Origin: a virus
Strand: one strand, 5' to 3'
Length of the DNA: 64,000 nucleotides
IMG/VR virus record: IMGVR_UViG_3300027969_000074
Coordinates: 1-64,000 of that record
The notes under the pieces are model-generated. The model had not been told where the DNA came from and did no database searches. It saw nothing but the letters and a program-made list of their open reading frames with translations. Positions 52,713 through 63,600 of the stretch are shown here, piece after piece. Positions within the stretch are counted from its first letter, which is position 1, and each line of letters starts with the position of its first letter. The translations under genes were made by a program, and so were the position numbers.

Positions 52713-55487
52713 CTATATTAGAATTGTCTTTAACTTTTCAATTACCTGATCAGCAGTGATTAATTTTGAACATTCAAATTGACGAGGTGTACCTTTTTGA
52801 TCTGGGCACCAATTCCAATCACCAGCATTAAGCCTTAATCGGTTTGCGCAACCTGAACAAGCTCCAGTAGGTGCAGCTAATTTAATAATACCGCCATCTG
52901 GTTCATTATAGGGTTCAGTAAAACCGGAAATTTGAATACTTGGAGTATTTGTTGCCCAAGCTAACCAAGTCAATCCACTGCTGATTCCAATAAAAGCAGC
53001 GCATTCAGTTAATTCAGTAATTACTCGGTCAATTGTACCTGCTTCAAATTTAGAGGCTCCAACCGGATTACGATTTCCCATATAACCATCTTCTTCTCTA
53101 GATAAAATTACAGGTTCATAACAATTTGCAATTAACCAATCTGTAACTTCTTGCCAGCCGGTTGGATTATTCCAGTATTTGGCTTGAGCAGTACTATGAA
53201 TTCCGAGGCCTACTTTTTTCTTAACTACTGGACCAGTTGGGTGATTTATTAGAGGTTTAATCTCTTTATAGTCTAATCCTAAAATATCGGTTGCAGTTCT
53301 TTGCAATGGACCTAATTTAAAATCTCTAGGATTTTTTTCACGGTCAATATTATCTCCATTATGGAACCAACCAAGTCGGTACATTGCATGTAAATTAGTT
53401 ACCATTTGGCCAGGTTCAATGAATTCAATATTCGGATAAGTATCTTTAAATAGTTGATTCCAAAAAGTTGAACAGATCATAATACAATCGTGCTTCTTTC
53501 TAAATTCTTCAACATATGGAAACCATGCTAAGGTATCACCTAGTGCTTTTGACTCTAATGGAATATAGACACGTTTACCTTTTAGGTCAGTATTAAATAT
53601 TATTACAGGATTTCCACTTTGGTCCTTAACTTTAATTTTCCAATCTTTAAAATATTTGATTGAGCTTTTTGCCCAAGTTCCGCCGCTTAATTTTGTTGAA
53701 TAAACTAATTTGTCAGTTTCATTATCAATAAACTCTACCTGATATTTCATTGGGCTTGTAGTTTTCAATTCAACAAATGGACCGTCTACTAAATTATGAT
53801 TTACCGTAGGCAGTGGCTGAACTCCATCAATTGTTACATGATTCATTTTTGCAAAAGTTTGGAAATCCTCGCTTAAGAATTGAGTGAACGCACATTTACC
53901 TAAATAATTAACAGTTACTGTATAGCCTTTACGATATTCGCCTAATTTAATAAGTAGAAAGTCTCCCTTTTTAAGAGTCGTAAATTGTACAGTTCCATTG
54001 TATTTAATTTCAAGTAGGTAATCTTTGGTTGCAGGTTCATCATGAAATCCTGAAACAAGTTGCACATATAAATTATTAAAATCGTCTGCTGCTGTATAAA
54101 TTTGAAATTTAGCGTCATCTCTTAGGATACCGTCTCTATTCCAAACGGCTTGAGTATTTAATTCATTTGAATTTGCAATATAATTAGTTAACCAAATGTC
54201 CTTTGCGTGTTTTTCTAAATAGTGCAGGAATACTCTTTCTAACTGCCAACCGTTTGGGCGACCCATGAAATATTCCTTTTTTGTCTTTACTTCATTTATA
54301 ATATTTAGAGCAACCTCAGTTTTAATTGAGAAAATAAAGGTTGCCATAAATTTAGCTAGGTGAGTATCCTTTGCTGAACCTGAGTGGTATTCATAAATTA
54401 CTGCATCATGCTGGTGAGCTCTTTCCAAAAAAGCTTGGCGATATTGAAAAGTATCAAGCAGATTATCGTATTCCATAAAGTGAATCATCTTCTTTCCTAG
54501 ATACTTACAGAAATTAAATGCATGAGTCATTGATCTCCAAATTGCATAATCATGATGATATTCCATTTGATTATCTACTCTAGTTTTTCCAAATGTGCAC
54601 CATCTTCCGCTACCAACTGCATATTCTCCAAATTCAGAATTTAATAGCAATGGATTTTCTTTATCGTATATGTAATAGTCAACTAATTTCTGAATTTCAG
54701 GTTTGATTGCATAATGTGAAACTAATAAAATCGGAATTCCTGAAAATTCTCTAAGCTTTTTAATACATTCAATTAAGTCTGATTCTTTTTCTGGAGTATT
54801 TGGCCAAGTGTCAACAACAAAAATATCATCCGGATATTCATTCGGTCTGATTATTGAAGGTCTGTTATCCGCTGAATATTTTATATCATTTGCAATTCCA
54901 CCTTTAACCCCAAAGAAGTAAATATCTGAATGTATATTTTGCATGTCTGGATTTTGCCATTCATGATTATAGCTACCATATGAACCGTATTCAAATATTC
55001 CATCTGGAAAAGCGGTTTCAAATCCATTAATTTTTAAAAAATCGTCAGCTTCAAGATTTTTATAATAATCAGCCCATTCGCTTGATTGTTGGATTAATAG
55101 AGGAGCATCCATTTCTCCACGTCTTCTAGTTCCATGTTCAGGACGTTGACCTGATGCACAAGTAAAAATAAACATTCCACCTGGCTTTAACATACGAATT
55201 ATATTTTGAATAGTAGTTTCATAATATAGATCATGTTCAAATACTTCAGTTGAAATAATTACATCAAAATAGTCAGATGGCGCATCATATAGATTGCCTG
55301 GGGCTATTACATCAACATTAGCACCATCGCCAACATCTAATCCAATATAGTTACAATTATCAAATAGAAAACGGTTATTTCCATTAATGTCAAGCGATCC
55401 AATATCTAATACTTTTTTATTTTGGAAGTATTTTGGAAAATTTAATTTGATCTTTTTACAAAAATCTTGCTGTTCTTTATGTGCCAT
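52713..55487 (-). CDS. Multidomain: class I methyltransferase + putative GT-A-like domain + Aah/TibC-type protein O-heptosyltransferase
   Basis: LDIGSLDING..STEVFEHD; SKALGD..AWFPY; FIG.SSGL.WLAW; C..C...W.WCP....FEC Cys set. Confidence 0.8.
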   Translation of the reverse strand: MAHKEQQDFCKKIKLNFPKYFQNKKVLDIGSLDINGNNRFLFDNCNYIGLDVGDGANVDVIAPGNLYDAPSDYFDVIISTEVFEHDLYYETTIQNIIRMLKPGGMFIFTCASGQRPEHGTRRRGEMDAPLLIQQSSEWADYYKNLEADDFLKINGFETAFPDGIFEYGSYGSYNHEWQNPDMQNIHSDIYFFGVKGGIANDIKYSADNRPSIIRPNEYPDDIFVVDTWPNTPEKESDLIECIKKLREFSGIPILLVSHYAIKPEIQKLVDYYIYDKENPLLLNSEFGEYAVGSGRWCTFGKTRVDNQMEYHHDYAIWRSMTHAFNFCKYLGKKMIHFMEYDNLLDTFQYRQAFLERAHQHDAVIYEYHSGSAKDTHLAKFMATFIFSIKTEVALNIINEVKTKKEYFMGRPNGWQLERVFLHYLEKHAKDIWLTNYIANSNELNTQAVWNRDGILRDDAKFQIYTAADDFNNLYVQLVSGFHDEPATKDYLLEIKYNGTVQFTTLKKGDFLLIKLGEYRKGYTVTVNYLGKCAFTQFLSEDFQTFAKMNHVTIDGVQPLPTVNHNLVDGPFVELKTTSPMKYQVEFIDNETDKLVYSTKLSGGTWAKSSIKYFKDWKIKVKDQSGNPVIIFNTDLKGKRVYIPLESKALGDTLAWFPYVEEFRKKHDCIMICSTFWNQLFKDTYPNIEFIEPGQMVTNLHAMYRLGWFHNGDNIDREKNPRDFKLGPLQRTATDILGLDYKEIKPLINHPTGPVVKKKVGLGIHSTAQAKYWNNPTGWQEVTDWLIANCYEPVILSREEDGYMGNRNPVGASKFEAGTIDRVITELTECAAFIGISSGLTWLAWATNTPSIQISGFTEPYNEPDGGIIKLAAPTGACSGCANRLRLNAGDWNWCPDQKGTPRQFECSKLITADQVIEKLKTILI

Positions 55488-55490
55488 TTA

Positions 55491-56123
55491 TTATAATTTA
55501 TTTTTTAAAAACTCGTATACACTAATTAAGTTTAAGTAGAGGCCACGTTCATTGTTAAATTTATTGTACTCATAGTATGGATTGTCAAAATCGCAACATT
55601 CTTGAAAACCGTGTTTAATAATACCAACGCCCCAATCTGTATCAATTGTAAAAATTTCAAGATCTGGTCTGGTTGCTCGATACTTATATATTGCTTTCCA
55701 AACGGTTCCATTCCAATTACCTTCAGCTGGAGTAGAGTGATCGTAAAAATCTTCCCGAGCATGATGAATTGTTGGTGGATTACAGTCGTGTAAAACAATA
55801 TAGCCATTTGGACTAAGATGAGCTAGCGAATTTTCAATATCTCGTTCAACTTGGTCAGATTCATGCAGGCCATCAATAAAAATAATATCCCATTTATAAT
55901 TAGGGTCTAAATTTAATTCAGAATCTCTTAATGACCTAAAGAATTGGTCAGATGTCTGTTTATAGTCGATTTGAGCATCAACTTCAAAACATGGATCAAC
56001 TGAATGTTTTGTATTAATATTAATTAAGTTAAAGCAGTCATTAGGTTCTCTAACTCCAATTTCTAAATATTTGGTAAACCCATTTTTTAGAATTAATTCA
56101 TTTATTATATCGTATCTTTGCAT
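55491..56123 (-). CDS. Class I SAM-dependent methyltransferase (Methyltransf_24-like)
   Basis: YLEIGV, DIIFIDGLH, VLHDCNP; likely start MQRY at 56123. Confidence 0.85.
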   Translation of the reverse strand: MQRYDIINELILKNGFTKYLEIGVREPNDCFNLININTKHSVDPCFEVDAQIDYKQTSDQFFRSLRDSELNLDPNYKWDIIFIDGLHESDQVERDIENSLAHLSPNGYIVLHDCNPPTIHHAREDFYDHSTPAEGNWNGTVWKAIYKYRATRPDLEIFTIDTDWGVGIIKHGFQECCDFDNPYYEYNKFNNERGLYLNLISVYEFLKNKL

Positions 56124-56130
56124 AGTTAAT

Positions 56131-56826
56131 TTATATTTTTCCAGTAACCGTATGAAATATTTGTGGCTTTTTTCGTTTTTCAATTACTATCATACTATCG
56201 TAGTAATGAATCCCGTGGATATTATCTCCCGAATAGGTTTTAGGTATAGCTGATGAATATGATGCATGTAAATAGTCTATGAAATTTTTAGAATATTCAA
56301 TGAAGGTATTTCCTTTATAACTTCCACCATATTCTCCAGGCCAATATGAGGTATGCACATCTTCGCATAAATAGACACCATTGTCATTTAAAAATGGAAA
56401 CATTTCTTCGTAAGTAATTACTTGTTGATTCATAGTATGACCTCCATCATCTATTATAATATCAAATTTTGGACAAGTATCCTTTATGGTTTTCCAAAAA
56501 TTACGGTCTTCTTGAGATCCAATAATTATGTTAATTTGATCATCTTCATACTCTTTACATTTTTCAAGAATATCAATTCCATAAATCTTGCAGTTTTTAC
56601 CAAAATAGTCTTTCCACATTTGTAAAGAGCCGCCATTATCAATTCCAATCTCAAGGATATTTACTGAAGTATCTCTAAATTTACTAAAGTGAGCCTCATA
56701 GATTTCTAAATAGTGAAACCATTTATGAATTTTTCGTTTTTCATTGTTTATAAAGTAACTCTCTAAATAGTTTTTTGGACTAATTGAGTTAAGTATTTCA
56801 GGGTCTCGCTTAAAGTTCGTTATCAT
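56131..56826 (-). CDS. Sugar O-methyltransferase (MycE-like)
   Basis: HKW.HY..IY; LEIG...GGSL.MW..YF; DIIIDDGGH; ED.HTSYW. Confidence 0.85.
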   Translation of the reverse strand: MITNFKRDPEILNSISPKNYLESYFINNEKRKIHKWFHYLEIYEAHFSKFRDTSVNILEIGIDNGGSLQMWKDYFGKNCKIYGIDILEKCKEYEDDQINIIIGSQEDRNFWKTIKDTCPKFDIIIDDGGHTMNQQVITYEEMFPFLNDNGVYLCEDVHTSYWPGEYGGSYKGNTFIEYSKNFIDYLHASYSSAIPKTYSGDNIHGIHYYDSMIVIEKRKKPQIFHTVTGKI

Positions 56827-56835
56827 ACCGTTTAG

Positions 56836-59646
56836 TTATTTCCAAAAATAAATTAATTGTAGTGCATTGTTTGGGCCGCAAAATAATAGGTAGGAATTAA
56901 AACCTAATCGGTTAAATCTGCCAATGAATTCATTGCGTAGCTCATCATTAAAATTAAGGTGCTCATGATGATATTCAACTGCAACATTTCGGATCTTAGA
57001 TAAGTTAGCATCACTGATACCCTTTAGTGCAATAATTTCAGAACCTTCAATATCAACCTTTAAGAAGTCAATTCGGTCAATTAGCCCGTTATCTAAAATG
57101 TAGTCTAATGTGTATAGATTAACATCGTATTGAGTAAGAGTTGGATCTTTTTGATGCCATAGGTTAGAGCCGCCTAAGTGAGAACTTTCAGTTAAGGTTA
57201 GGGTTCCTAATTGATCTCCAATTGCTGCATTAAATAGGACTGCATTTGCTGGAGCATTTTGTTTTAGGATCTCAAAATATCTACGGTCAGGTTCAAAGGT
57301 TACAATTTTACTTGCTCCCATATGATATGCATAACGAGTAAAAATTCCAATATTTCCACCAAGATCAACAACAACATCGCCAGGTTGAATTTTAACAACT
57401 GGATTTTCTGAGCGGTGTGGATGTTCGTAATCAGTTAGGTTATAAATTTCATGATAAATTGCATAATCCCATCCGTATTTATAGGCAATATCCATTGTAC
57501 CACCTTCTACTTTTTTGATTGAACCTAAATTTTTAATTTCGTCCTTAGCAACAAAGAAATATTCAGTATCATGGAAATTTTGGTCTCTTTGAGCTTTAAT
57601 ATGGTCAATCATAATTTGAGCAAAGCCTAGATTTTTATTGCCATGAAAGTACAGAATTTGATCTTTATTCTTTGGGATAAACTGCCAACCGTATACTTTT
57701 CCAAAATTCTTAGGGCCTTGATCTCTCCAAAAAGAAATAAAGTGTTCCATTGCTTTGCCAGTTGTTCCAAGTAAATCACCGTCCCATTCAGAAACATCAA
57801 AATTTGAAATTGGTAAGAACTTATTATAGCTGTATTTGCACCTTAGATAATTATCAATACCTTCATCATTCCATTGCAGTAAACTTGGATAGTCAGCAAG
57901 ATCAGTTTCTTTATATACATTTAAGATTTCATTAAACCACCATTCGCAATTTCGATTGTATAAGTACATGCAAATATGGGCTTTAGTCGCAAGACGATTA
58001 ACACCTTTGGCTTTGCATAAATTTTCATTAAATAGCTGCTGGCCTCTTGATCCGTCCGGTTTTGTATAATATCCAATAAAATCTTCTTGTACATGAATAT
58101 CCGCTAATGGATAATTCTCAATATTTGCAAAATGATCTGCTAATTTATCAATTGTATGGTTTGCAATAATATCACCGTCTAGCCAGACAAAATTTTCAAA
58201 ACTTTCGTTAAATGCTGCAAGACACGCATATTGCTTCCAATACCATTTATCATAGTTTGAATAGTAAGGAATTGTTAATTTTCGGGCAATTACATTTGGC
58301 AAATAGTCAAATGGAACATCACAATCAATTCCATAAACAATAAGTTTACGATTTGAGAATTCCAATAGAGATTCAGCTAATTTCTGAATGATCGGCATAT
58401 AGGCCAGGTTACCGCAGGTCACCCATGCAAAGTCAGTTGAGTATTCATTTATCTCAGGTTGAATGAGGTCCTGGATGTGATCTTGTGCGATTTTTGCTGC
58501 ATTTTCCCAAGTGAATTGGGTTCTGATTTGTTTTGATTCCATTAGCGCGGATTTTTTATAAATTTCATAATTATCATAAACTTCTCTAAGCCTAAGTTTA
58601 AGGTCTTCGAAGTTTGGCTCAACAAAATTACCTGGAGCATTTGGATTCCAGGATTCGTCATTTGCAACACCTGCTGGAACTTCTCCATGAGTTGCTACCG
58701 GTAAACCTTTACCTGCGGCAAATTCAAGTTGAGCTCCCCAATCAGAATAGATTGATGGGGTGCCGCATGCCATTGCCTCAATTAATGGAAGATTCCAACC
58801 TTCACTACGAGCACAAGAAACAAATACATCAGCAGTTTGTAATAGGTTGACGTATTCTGCTTTGCTTAAATGATTAAGTATCTTAATACCTTTATGTACT
58901 AAGCTAAATTTGACAAGACGCTCTTGAGTATTTAGACAGCCATCATTTGCAAATGGATTTTCAACATTTAAGATAAGTTCAACATTTTCATCTTCGGAAA
59001 AGGTATCAATGAATGCTTTTATAATCTCTTTAGTAGATTTGCGGTATTCCCAACGCCCAACTACCACAAATTTGAATGGGCGACCTTCCGGAAATGAGGT
59101 CTCTTGCGAAATGGGTTTAAACATTTGGGTATCAACTCCCTCAGGCACAACCTTTACTTTATCGGCTCTGATACCTTGAGCAACGGTGCACTCTTTTTGC
59201 CAGCTGCTTGGAACCCAAACCTGATCAAATGTTTTTAGTTTATTAAAAAAATCTTCCGGATATTTAGTAGTTTCCCAAACATTATAGGCAATTTTTGGGC
59301 CATCATACTTATCACCAAAATATTTATGATTAACATCGTTTAGGACGATATGGATATCAGTTTCTCCAGGATTTTGATAATTTCGGTATAGCGGAAACTC
59401 CTGTGAACCGTTTGGGGTCTGTAGAGTTTGCTGAGTTAGGATTGTTTTTAATTCAGTATCAATATAGTACTCATCATTATGAGGTTCATCATTATTATAA
59501 CCTTGCCAGGTTGAACCTACTGTCCAATTTCTGGCATCAACTCTTAAGTCTTCTAGAGAATTTAGGGCTTTAAAGAAATTTCTAGAATGACAGTTGTATC
59601 CAGTTTCCCCAATAATTGAGGTGTGCGCTTTAATTTTAATCGACAT
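56836..59646 (-). CDS. Multidomain: GT4 glycosyltransferase + GT-A (DxD) domain + FkbM methyltransferase
   Basis: WET, GR...RK, EGWNLPLIEAMACG; WLDGD, NDE, YFHG; DLGGNIG, KVDIEG.E. Confidence 0.88.
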   Translation of the reverse strand: MSIKIKAHTSIIGETGYNCHSRNFFKALNSLEDLRVDARNWTVGSTWQGYNNDEPHNDEYYIDTELKTILTQQTLQTPNGSQEFPLYRNYQNPGETDIHIVLNDVNHKYFGDKYDGPKIAYNVWETTKYPEDFFNKLKTFDQVWVPSSWQKECTVAQGIRADKVKVVPEGVDTQMFKPISQETSFPEGRPFKFVVVGRWEYRKSTKEIIKAFIDTFSEDENVELILNVENPFANDGCLNTQERLVKFSLVHKGIKILNHLSKAEYVNLLQTADVFVSCARSEGWNLPLIEAMACGTPSIYSDWGAQLEFAAGKGLPVATHGEVPAGVANDESWNPNAPGNFVEPNFEDLKLRLREVYDNYEIYKKSALMESKQIRTQFTWENAAKIAQDHIQDLIQPEINEYSTDFAWVTCGNLAYMPIIQKLAESLLEFSNRKLIVYGIDCDVPFDYLPNVIARKLTIPYYSNYDKWYWKQYACLAAFNESFENFVWLDGDIIANHTIDKLADHFANIENYPLADIHVQEDFIGYYTKPDGSRGQQLFNENLCKAKGVNRLATKAHICMYLYNRNCEWWFNEILNVYKETDLADYPSLLQWNDEGIDNYLRCKYSYNKFLPISNFDVSEWDGDLLGTTGKAMEHFISFWRDQGPKNFGKVYGWQFIPKNKDQILYFHGNKNLGFAQIMIDHIKAQRDQNFHDTEYFFVAKDEIKNLGSIKKVEGGTMDIAYKYGWDYAIYHEIYNLTDYEHPHRSENPVVKIQPGDVVVDLGGNIGIFTRYAYHMGASKIVTFEPDRRYFEILKQNAPANAVLFNAAIGDQLGTLTLTESSHLGGSNLWHQKDPTLTQYDVNLYTLDYILDNGLIDRIDFLKVDIEGSEIIALKGISDANLSKIRNVAVEYHHEHLNFNDELRNEFIGRFNRLGFNSYLLFCGPNNALQLIYFWK

Positions 59647-59711
59647 GCCGTTTGCTAAACTTTTTATTTTATACTAAAGTTTAGCAATAAGGTTATGTAA
59701 TCTTAAAAAAA

Positions 59712-59951
59712 TTATGCAGCAGTTAAGCCAAGTGCAGTTAAGACTTTAGTCACAATGACTGAGTCATTTGTACCCCAATCAGATATATCAGTTAATCTAA
59801 CTGAGCCATTGCAAATGACGGCATTACCGCTATCCATTAATTGATAAATCACAGAAACTGAGGTTGAACCCAATTCATAGGTTAAGGGTATAAATTTAAT
59901 ACTGGTTGCAGTTTTACCAAGTACTGAATAGTTTTGAATATTTGTAGTCAT
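59712..59951 (-). CDS. Small fiber-associated protein
   Basis: Likely start MTTNIQ; ends WGTND....LGLT. Confidence 0.5.
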   Translation of the reverse strand: MTTNIQNYSVLGKTATSIKFIPLTYELGSTSVSVIYQLMDSGNAVICNGSVRLTDISDWGTNDSVIVTKVLTALGLTAA

Positions 59952-59970
59952 GATTTTATTTATTTTTGTT

Positions 59971-60657
59971 TTAAGCAATATCGAGTGTAATATAATATCT
60001 TTGAAAAAATGGCAATCCACACGTAAAATCAGTTGGTGTACCTGGCATTAGCATTACTCCTCCTCCTAATGATGCAATCGTGTAACCAGTATCAAGGTCT
60101 GTTATATCTACCCGATTTGCAAAGACTGGACCAGGTCCAAGATTCATTAGTGTAATTGTATGTATGAAGTTTGCGTTTGGACTGGTATGCTGATAATTAT
60201 ACATAGCGACTCCGCCGGTTAGGGTTTGGCCAGGGCCATTACCGAATACAGTACTCTGATATAGCGACGGACCTTGGATTCCATCGTCTAAAAATAATGA
60301 CACCGATAAGTTAAAAGGCGAATTAATTGTGACTTCTCCGTCATAATAGTGCTCATCAGTCCAGTGTGAATAATTATAAAATTGATTAAATCCAATTGGG
60401 CCTGTGTAATTTGCTTGAGTCCAATAACTTAAGCCTTGTGGATCATTTCGGTTGATGTAATAATATCCAGTATATGTACCGCCACTTATCCTCCAATTAA
60501 AATCAGGAAGAGCCACTTGATTTGGGTAAACCTCAATCCCAGAACTGGGATTAACTCCACTTACTTGAGTGAACATTGCCATAATTGATCTTAGGTCGGA
60601 GGCCGGATCACTGATACTTATTTGTCCACTCGATGCTCCTACTATTGTGCTTGGCAT
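59971..60657 (-). CDS. Fiber-associated hypothetical protein
   Basis: Starts 4 nt after the fiber stop; SSGQIS.SD N-terminus. Confidence 0.5.
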   Translation of the reverse strand: MPSTIVGASSGQISISDPASDLRSIMAMFTQVSGVNPSSGIEVYPNQVALPDFNWRISGGTYTGYYYINRNDPQGLSYWTQANYTGPIGFNQFYNYSHWTDEHYYDGEVTINSPFNLSVSLFLDDGIQGPSLYQSTVFGNGPGQTLTGGVAMYNYQHTSPNANFIHTITLMNLGPGPVFANRVDITDLDTGYTIASLGGGVMLMPGTPTDFTCGLPFFQRYYITLDIA

Positions 60658-60660
60658 TGA

Positions 60661-63600
60661 TTATAATAATTTTTTAATTTGATCCTTTAAGTCATCGATT
60701 TGGCGTTGCTGTTGCTTGATTGCCTCAATTAAGACTGATACTAGTGCTGGATAGGCAACTGCCTTGGTACCATTCGCATTTTCAAATACAACTTCTGGGA
60801 ATACTGTTTCCATTTCCTGTGCAATAACACCCGCATGAACCCGTGTAGTATCTTCTTGATCATTTCTGGTGAATGTAACGCCTCTCATTGATGTTACCTT
60901 ATCTAGAGCACCAGTGATGGTCTTCACATTATCTTTAACTGATCGATCTGAATATGCAATAATATTAGCAGTTGCATAAATATCACCGGCTACTTCAAAT
61001 TTATAAGTCGGTGAGGCTCCATTACCAAGTGATAGTCTGCCGTTTGTGGCATCATAGTGCGTATTTGTTGCAGCTAAGGTAGTTGATCCAGAATAGTAAG
61101 CTAATCTTCCAGTAGTACCTGAGGTAATAGTTCCAGTAGTACCGCCTGATGTACCGGAAGAACCGTTAGCTCCGCTTGTTCCACTTGAACCAGTTGCACC
61201 GCTTGTTCCTGAGGTTCCACTTGATCCATTAGCTCCAGTTGCACCGCTTGTTCCTGAGGTTCCACTTGATCCATTAGCTCCAGTTGCACCGCTTGTTCCT
61301 GAGGTTCCACTTGTGCCAGATGTACCACTTGTTCCAGATGTACCGCTTGTGCCAGATGCACCAGAAACTCCACTTGTACCTGAAGTTCCAGTTGAACCAG
61401 AGGTACCGCTAGTTCCAGAAGAACCGTTAGCTCCACTTGTTCCAGAAGTACCACTTGAACCATTTGCTCCAGAAGTTCCTGATGTACCTGAAGAACCGTT
61501 AGCTCCATTTGCTCCTGACGTACCGCTAGTACCACTTGAACCGTTTGCTCCGTTTGCTCCTGAGGTTCCTGATGTACCGTTTGTTCCAGCTAATGCGACT
61601 AGCGACCAATATGCAGCATTTGTAGGTATATCACCAGGAGCTGCATTTGCTATACAGATATAGGAGCTTCCGAAATAATAAACAACGTCATTTACTGAAT
61701 ATGTAGTAGCTGTGTATAGTCCTTTCCACGTAAAGCTTGTACCGCTTGTACCTGATGTACCTCTTGTACCAGAAGTTCCTGATGAGCCGTTAGCTCCACT
61801 TGAACCTGAAGTTCCTGATGAACCGGTATTACCTGAGCTTCCAGAAGTTCCTGAGCTACCGTTTGATCCACTAGAACCTGAAGTTCCAGAGGTTCCACTT
61901 GAACCATTAGAACCTGAGCTTCCAGATGTACCTGAAGTTCCTGAGCTACCGTTTGATCCACTAGAACCTGAAGTTCCAGAGGTTCCACTTGAACCATTAG
62001 AACCTGAGCTTCCAGATGTACCTGAAGTTCCTGATGTACCTCTTGTACCCGAAGTCCCAGATGATCCTGCAACACCAGCTGTCGATATATCAACAATAAT
62101 ATCAGTACCAGATGATGGTGTCCAAGGTGTACCTGAAACATAAGTTACTGGAAATTCCCAATAGATTCCATTATCTACTCCTACCCCAGTTGTTCTATAA
62201 TATACAATTTGACCACCAATTCCACCATTTGTTTTAATTAGCGTGCCAACTCCAATTGATGGATAAACTCCACTATAGTTTGTTGAAGTTAATGAAACTT
62301 CTGCTATGTTTAATATAGTGGTTGCCGCATCTAAATTACCGTTATTACTATAAATTTTAGTACTTGCTAATGGTGTACCCCAATCCCAACCGTCACTGAT
62401 TGCTGCTCCACTTGCTCCAGTTGAACCAGAAGTTCCTGAGCTACCACTTGTACCAGATGTACCACTTGTTCCAGAGGTACCTCGTGTTCCAGAGGTTCCA
62501 CTAGAACCGTTTGATCCGGAAGTGCCGCTTGTTCCAGAAGAACCATTAGACCCTGAAGAACCTGAAGTGCCGCTTGTTCCAGAAGATCCGTTTGAACCAC
62601 TTGATCCAGAAGTACCAGAAGACCCATTTGAACCGGAAGACCCACTAGTTCCGCTTGAACCGTTTGAACCTGATGTACCAGCCGTACCTGAGCTACCATT
62701 CGATCCACTAGAACCTGAGGTTCCGCTTGTGCCTGATGAGCCGTTAGAACCTGATGTTCCTGAGCTTCCGTTAGAACCGCTTGAGCCTGAAGTACCACTA
62801 GTTCCGCTTGAACCGTTTGAACCTGAAGAGCCTGAAGTTCCAGAAGAACCGGTTAATCCGCTTGAACCGGAAGTTCCAGAAGAACCGTTTGAACCTGAAG
62901 TTCCGCTTGATCCATTAGCTCCTGAAGTTCCAGATGTTCCGCTTGAACCATTTGATCCACTTGAACCCGAAGTTCCAGAAGAACCAGTATTACCCGAGCT
63001 TCCAGAAGTTCCTGATGTTCCAGAGCTACCGTTTGAACCTGAAGAACCACTTGTACCAGATGAACCATTTGATCCACTAGAACCTGACGTTCCACTAGTT
63101 CCTGAGCTTCCATTTGATCCAGAAGTTCCGCTTGAACCATTTGATCCACTTGAACCTGATGTTCCTGAAGAACCATTAGATCCGCTTGAACCTGAAGTTC
63201 CAGAAGTACCTGAGCTACCATTAGAACCGGAAGAACCTGAAGTTCCGCTTGTTCCTGATGAGCCGTTAGAACCGCTTGAACCTGATGTACCAGAAGTTCC
63301 ACTTGAACCGTTTGAACCTGAAGTACCAGATGTTCCAGAAGAACCATTTGATCCAGAAGAGCCGGAGGTTCCAGAAGAACCGCTTGATCCATTTGAACCT
63401 GAAGTTCCGCTTGTTCCTGAGCTTCCATTAGAACCGCTTGAACCAGAAGTACCAGAAGTTCCTGAAGAACCAGTATTACCTGAACTTCCAGAAGTACCGG
63501 AAGTTCCACTAGAACCGTTAGAACCTGAACTACCTGAAGTTCCAGAAGAACCGTTTGATCCACTAGAACCTGAAGTACCACTTGTTCCAGATGAGCCATT

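Noticed and set aside
1816-58850. Numerous 60-150 aa ORFs nested antisense or off-frame within larger genes (e.g. 1816..2094, 27244..27600, 29743..30189, 33404..33709)
   Set aside because: No motifs or promoter signals, and fully overlapped by well-supported genes
61190-62034. Tandem repeats as a CRISPR array
   Set aside because: No unique spacers, unit lengths are multiples of 3, and they lie within a coding frame; the Cas4-like nuclease at 10880 is a stand-alone phage type
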